Positions 60,988 to 64,000 of a stretch of 64,000 nt of DNA are shown in pieces. A program made the translations under genes and the position numbers. Numbering within the stretch: the stretch's first letter is position 1; each line of letters opens with the position of its first letter. Source of the stretch: Christensenellaceae bacterium (GTDB lineage Bacteria > Bacillota > Clostridia > Christensenellales > Borkfalkiaceae); NCBI GenBank assembly GCA_045606665.1, contig JAZUSI010000064.1, forward strand, positions 7,627 to 71,626. Reading direction: 5' to 3'. A model generated the notes under the pieces. That model saw nothing but the letters and a program-made list of their open reading frames with translations. It did not search any database and was not told where the DNA came from.

Positions 60988-61233
60988 TTAATCCTTTATA
61001 TATCCTACAATTGACCAACTTGAATTATATACTGTATCTCCTTTTATATACCCCTCAATCGACCAGTTGGAATTATATATTGTTCCTCCTTGTAGGTACC
61101 CAATAATCGACCAGCTTGAATTATATATCGTTCCGTTTCTTAAATATCCTATAATTGACCAATTTGAACTATATATTGTATCACCTTGTATATAACCAAA
61201 ATTAGACCAATTAGAACCAAATAATGTTGCCAT
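60988..61233 (-). CDS. small repeat protein: five tandem ~16-aa GxTIYxSNWSIIGY units (beta-flower-like)
   Basis: The sequence is MATLFGSNWSNFGYIQGDTIYSSNWSIIGYLRNGTIYNSSWSIIGYLQGGTIYNSNWSIEGYIKGDTVYNSSWSIVGYIKD, with a GGAG RBS. Confidence 0.7.
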   Translation of the reverse strand: MATLFGSNWSNFGYIQGDTIYSSNWSIIGYLRNGTIYNSSWSIIGYLQGGTIYNSNWSIEGYIKGDTVYNSSWSIVGYIKD

Positions 61234-61355
61234 TTTATTTCTCCTTTTTTATTTTGTACTTTTTTTATTACATTTAACCGTAATATCAATGCAATCTGTT
61301 CTACCATCCTTGCATTTAAACTTTAACTTGATATTTTTCCCTTCAAAATATTGCT

Positions 61356-61811
61356 TTAAGCTATTGCAAAATTTTTTGCCAGTTTTTGTAAGAAAATGGT
61401 TTGCAAAAAAACTGTCCATTTCTCCTTTATAAAACTTAAAAGCATAAAAATGTATTCCGTGTTTTTTGAAGAAAAAACATATAAATCATATTTTTTTGAA
61501 AAAGCATTAAATGCCATTAAATCATCTGTCCATCTACCTGAAGCCTCTACGTAAGCCCAAGTTAATTCCTCATTCATTATAATCGGTAACGTTGCAGAGC
61601 GCAAGTTTAAAAAATTAATATAACCGCTTACAACAAATTTATCTCTTTTGATTTTGCCTAACTTTATTTTTTTAATAGCAGAAGTTGATTTTTCTTCTAT
61701 ATCATTTCTAATTTTTTCAATTGTTTTTTCAAATTCTATATCTAAGAGTTCGTCTATTCTCTTCATCCACTTTTCTCTATCTGCTCTTGATACTTTTCTT
61801 ATGTAAGACAC
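61356..61811 (-). CDS. hypothetical protein, paralog of 62176-62688; the C-terminus appears to be frameshifted
   Basis: The N-terminal pattern and the KKYD..F motif are shared with the paralog. The expected C-terminal segment is readable in another frame down to 61249. Confidence 0.5.
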   Translation of the reverse strand: MSYIRKVSRADREKWMKRIDELLDIEFEKTIEKIRNDIEEKSTSAIKKIKLGKIKRDKFVVSGYINFLNLRSATLPIIMNEELTWAYVEASGRWTDDLMAFNAFSKKYDLYVFSSKNTEYIFMLLSFIKEKWTVFLQTIFLQKLAKNFAIA

Positions 61812-61858
61812 ATTTCTTCCCCTTTATTTTTTAATCAACTTCACACATAAAATATTTA

Positions 61859-62137
61859 TCACGGCCAAATAGTTTCCCAATTTGTCCCACCTAAGTGCCT
61901 TAATTCGCAAACTTTATATGAACCTCTTTTTAAATACCATTCATTATATTGAGTTTCTTTTTCTATCGAATATTCGCTATAACTATAATTAGTAAATTTA
62001 TATTCTGTTTTCGGTTCTCCCCATCCAAAAGAAATTAAACTTCCATCCCAATCAAGCACCGTACAACCAAACCTATCTAAAATTTTACCATCTTTGAATT
62101 TAAGTCCTTCTTTTGCCAACTTTTCCAAATCAAGCAT
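61859..62137 (-). CDS. hypothetical protein (92 aa)
   Basis: An ORF with a GGAG RBS. I recognise no domain. Confidence 0.55.
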   Translation of the reverse strand: MLDLEKLAKEGLKFKDGKILDRFGCTVLDWDGSLISFGWGEPKTEYKFTNYSYSEYSIEKETQYNEWYLKRGSYKVCELRHLGGTNWETIWP

Positions 62138-62175
62138 TTTATTTCTCCTTTAATTGATGGTTTTTCTCGCGAAGT

Positions 62176-62688
62176 TTATCTTTTAATAGAACACGAAAAA
62201 ACTATCTTAAACTGCGTCACCAAGCCATTCCAAGAACATTTAATCTTCATTCCTGAACCTGCAAGCTTTTCATTTAGTTTGGAAACAAACAATTTCCCTG
62301 TGTTTGTTTTAGACCACGGCAACCAACCAGTAAAAAACTTAAGAGCAAATGTACAATATTTATCATAGTGCCAACAAAAAACGTCATATTTTTTTGGATA
62401 CTTTTCAAGCGTTTTTAAACTTGCTCTTCTACCACCTAAAGTATCTGACCATAATTGCACAATTTCATTTTTGTCAATATCAAATACGATATCTTCACTG
62501 TCACTAGCAAACGGATTAAATCCCACAATAAGAATCCCTTTTATTTTTTTCTTTCCAGCACGAGCATTTTCATTAAGTATCTGAATAAGTTCATTATATG
62601 TGGCTTGTACACACAAATTAAACTGTTCTTCAAGTATAGCATCAATTCTTGCTCTTGCTTCTTTTTTTGTTAATTGTATTCTTGACAT
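62176..62688 (-). CDS. hypothetical protein (170 aa)
   Basis: I trimmed the start to MSRIQLTKKEARARIDAILEE, which follows an AGGAG RBS. The gene is divergent from an XRE gene. Confidence 0.6.
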   Translation of the reverse strand: MSRIQLTKKEARARIDAILEEQFNLCVQATYNELIQILNENARAGKKKIKGILIVGFNPFASDSEDIVFDIDKNEIVQLWSDTLGGRRASLKTLEKYPKKYDVFCWHYDKYCTFALKFFTGWLPWSKTNTGKLFVSKLNEKLAGSGMKIKCSWNGLVTQFKIVFSCSIKR

Positions 62689-62798
62689 ACTTGTTATTCT
62701 CCTTTGTTTTTGATGTGCTTTTTCTTTAATTTGTTTAATTATATCACATTTTGAGATATATGTCAATATCTCAACGCGAGATATCATATAATGTTTAT

Positions 62799-62987
62799 AT
62801 GAAATTAAAAGAATTAAGAGAAGAGAACAACGTCTCACAAAAAGAAATAGCTGATTTTTTAAATATTAAACAAAATACCTATTCGCAATATGAAACAGGG
62901 AAGCGACAATTACCTGTTGATGTTTTGATTAAACTTTCAAAGTTTTATAAAATATCAACCGATTATATTTTAGGGCTAGAAGATTAA
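62799..62987 (+). CDS. XRE-family HTH regulator
   Basis: I trimmed the start to MKLKELREENNVSQKEIADFLNIKQNTYSQYETG. A TATAAT hexamer lies 6 nt upstream of the ATG. Confidence 0.8.
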   Translation: MKLKELREENNVSQKEIADFLNIKQNTYSQYETGKRQLPVDVLIKLSKFYKISTDYILGLED

Positions 62988-63020
62988 AACCACTAACTTT
63001 TTGTTAGTGGTTTTATTTTT
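62986..63020 (+). terminator. intrinsic terminator of the XRE gene
   Basis: The stem AAACCACTAAC/GTTAGTGGTTT is followed by a T-run. Confidence 0.8.
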
Positions 63021-63093
63021 ATCAAACTAACTGCGGCTTTTTCACGAACACAATCATTTATGATTGTCGGTTCGGGATATGGTTGTTACTGCA
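63021..63093 (+). ncRNA. 5S-rRNA-like mini element, copy 2
   Basis: The sequence is ATCAAACTAACTGCGG...GAAC-hairpin-GTTCGGGATATGGTTGTTACTGCA. It is convergent with the real 5S gene across a shared terminator. Confidence 0.45.
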
Positions 63094-63095
63094 AC

Positions 63096-63128
63096 AAAAA
63101 AAGAACCACTTTTGTGGTTCTCTTTTTT
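63096..63128. terminator. bidirectional terminator shared by the 5S rRNA gene and mini element 2
   Basis: The stem AGAACCAC/GTGGTTCT has an A-run and a T-run on either side. Confidence 0.8.
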
Positions 63129-63135
63129 GTTTGGA

Positions 63136-63252
63136 TGCAGCAACAACCTATTTTCCCGGACCGTCGCCAGTCAAGTATTTTCGGCGCTAGTGAGCTTAAC
63201 TTCTGTGTTCGGTATGAGAACAGGTGGGACCTCACCGCTATCGTCACCGCAA
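63136..63252 (-). rRNA. rrf: 5S ribosomal RNA
   Basis: The minus strand reads TGCGGTGACGATAGCGGTGAGGTCCCACCTGTTCTCATACCGAACACAGAAGTTAAGCTC...GGTTGTTGCTGCA. It has the canonical CCGAAC and AGTTAAGC blocks, and helix I closes. Confidence 0.93.
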
Positions 63253-63464
63253 TGGTATATCTCGGAATTCCTTCCGTTAATATCTCTTCTCAGGTGGATA
63301 TATTCTATCACACCCTCTATCTCTCCGTCAATTTTTTTTCACGGTAGATTCACAACTACATAGATTTTTTTCTCTTCCATTAAGTTCTTTTTTAGCTCGG
63401 CTAAAATATCTTAATATAGTTAGTTTCGTATACTTTAATTCGCTCTTCTTTCTCAATCTCTTGA

Positions 63465-64000
<536 letters not shown>

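Noticed and set aside
60834-63093. Integron-type attC sites or IS200/IS605-type subterminal hairpins as an explanation for the two hairpin-containing repeats.
   Set aside because: The conserved flanks are not mutually complementary R''/R' cores (no RYYYAAC...GTTRRRY pairing). No integrase, tnpA or tnpB gene is nearby. The bracketed segment holds several independently expressed genes on both strands. The 5S similarity fits the data better.
63253-63464. Unusually long (~210 nt) 23S-5S spacer as a possible hidden gene or tRNA.
   Set aside because: I saw no tRNA-like cloverleaf, no T-loop (GTTCGAATC-like) sequence and no ORF with an RBS. It is most simply a processed spacer.

Overview
This window looks like a chromosomal segment of a low-GC, spore-forming Firmicute (Clostridia-like). 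Synteny supports this: yqfC-yqfD-pgpH-ybeY-era-yqzL-recO and rsmD-coaD/ylbJ. Most genes are housekeeping genes on the minus strand: fba, groES-groEL with a CIRCE operator, tex, rarA, alr, feoAB, ppdK, an aconitase-family gene, mgtE behind an M-box riboswitch, uppP, mnmE, proS, tkt and mazG. The window ends inside an rRNA operon, with the 23S 3' end and a 5S gene on the minus strand. Several visibly AT-rich accessory patches interrupt this backbone. (a) Two paralogous divergent modules pair an XRE repressor with a small Rho_N-like protein; one module is bracketed by a ~190-bp duplication of the aconitase 3' end. (b) A three-gene ADP-ribosylglycohydrolase / HepT / HTH-MntA island. (c) A MuF-motif protein plus DUF4926-like pair. 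(d) An FtsK-gamma / SGNH / unknown operon. (e) A 2.2-kb island next to the rRNA operon. The most unusual signals are in non-coding sequence. Two 5S-rRNA-like mini elements bracket the rRNA-adjacent island. A 127-nt tandem structured repeat follows groEL. A ~135-nt element occurs twice with compensatory helix changes, and one copy sits directly upstream of the M-box. All function calls come from reading motifs by eye; no database search was possible.
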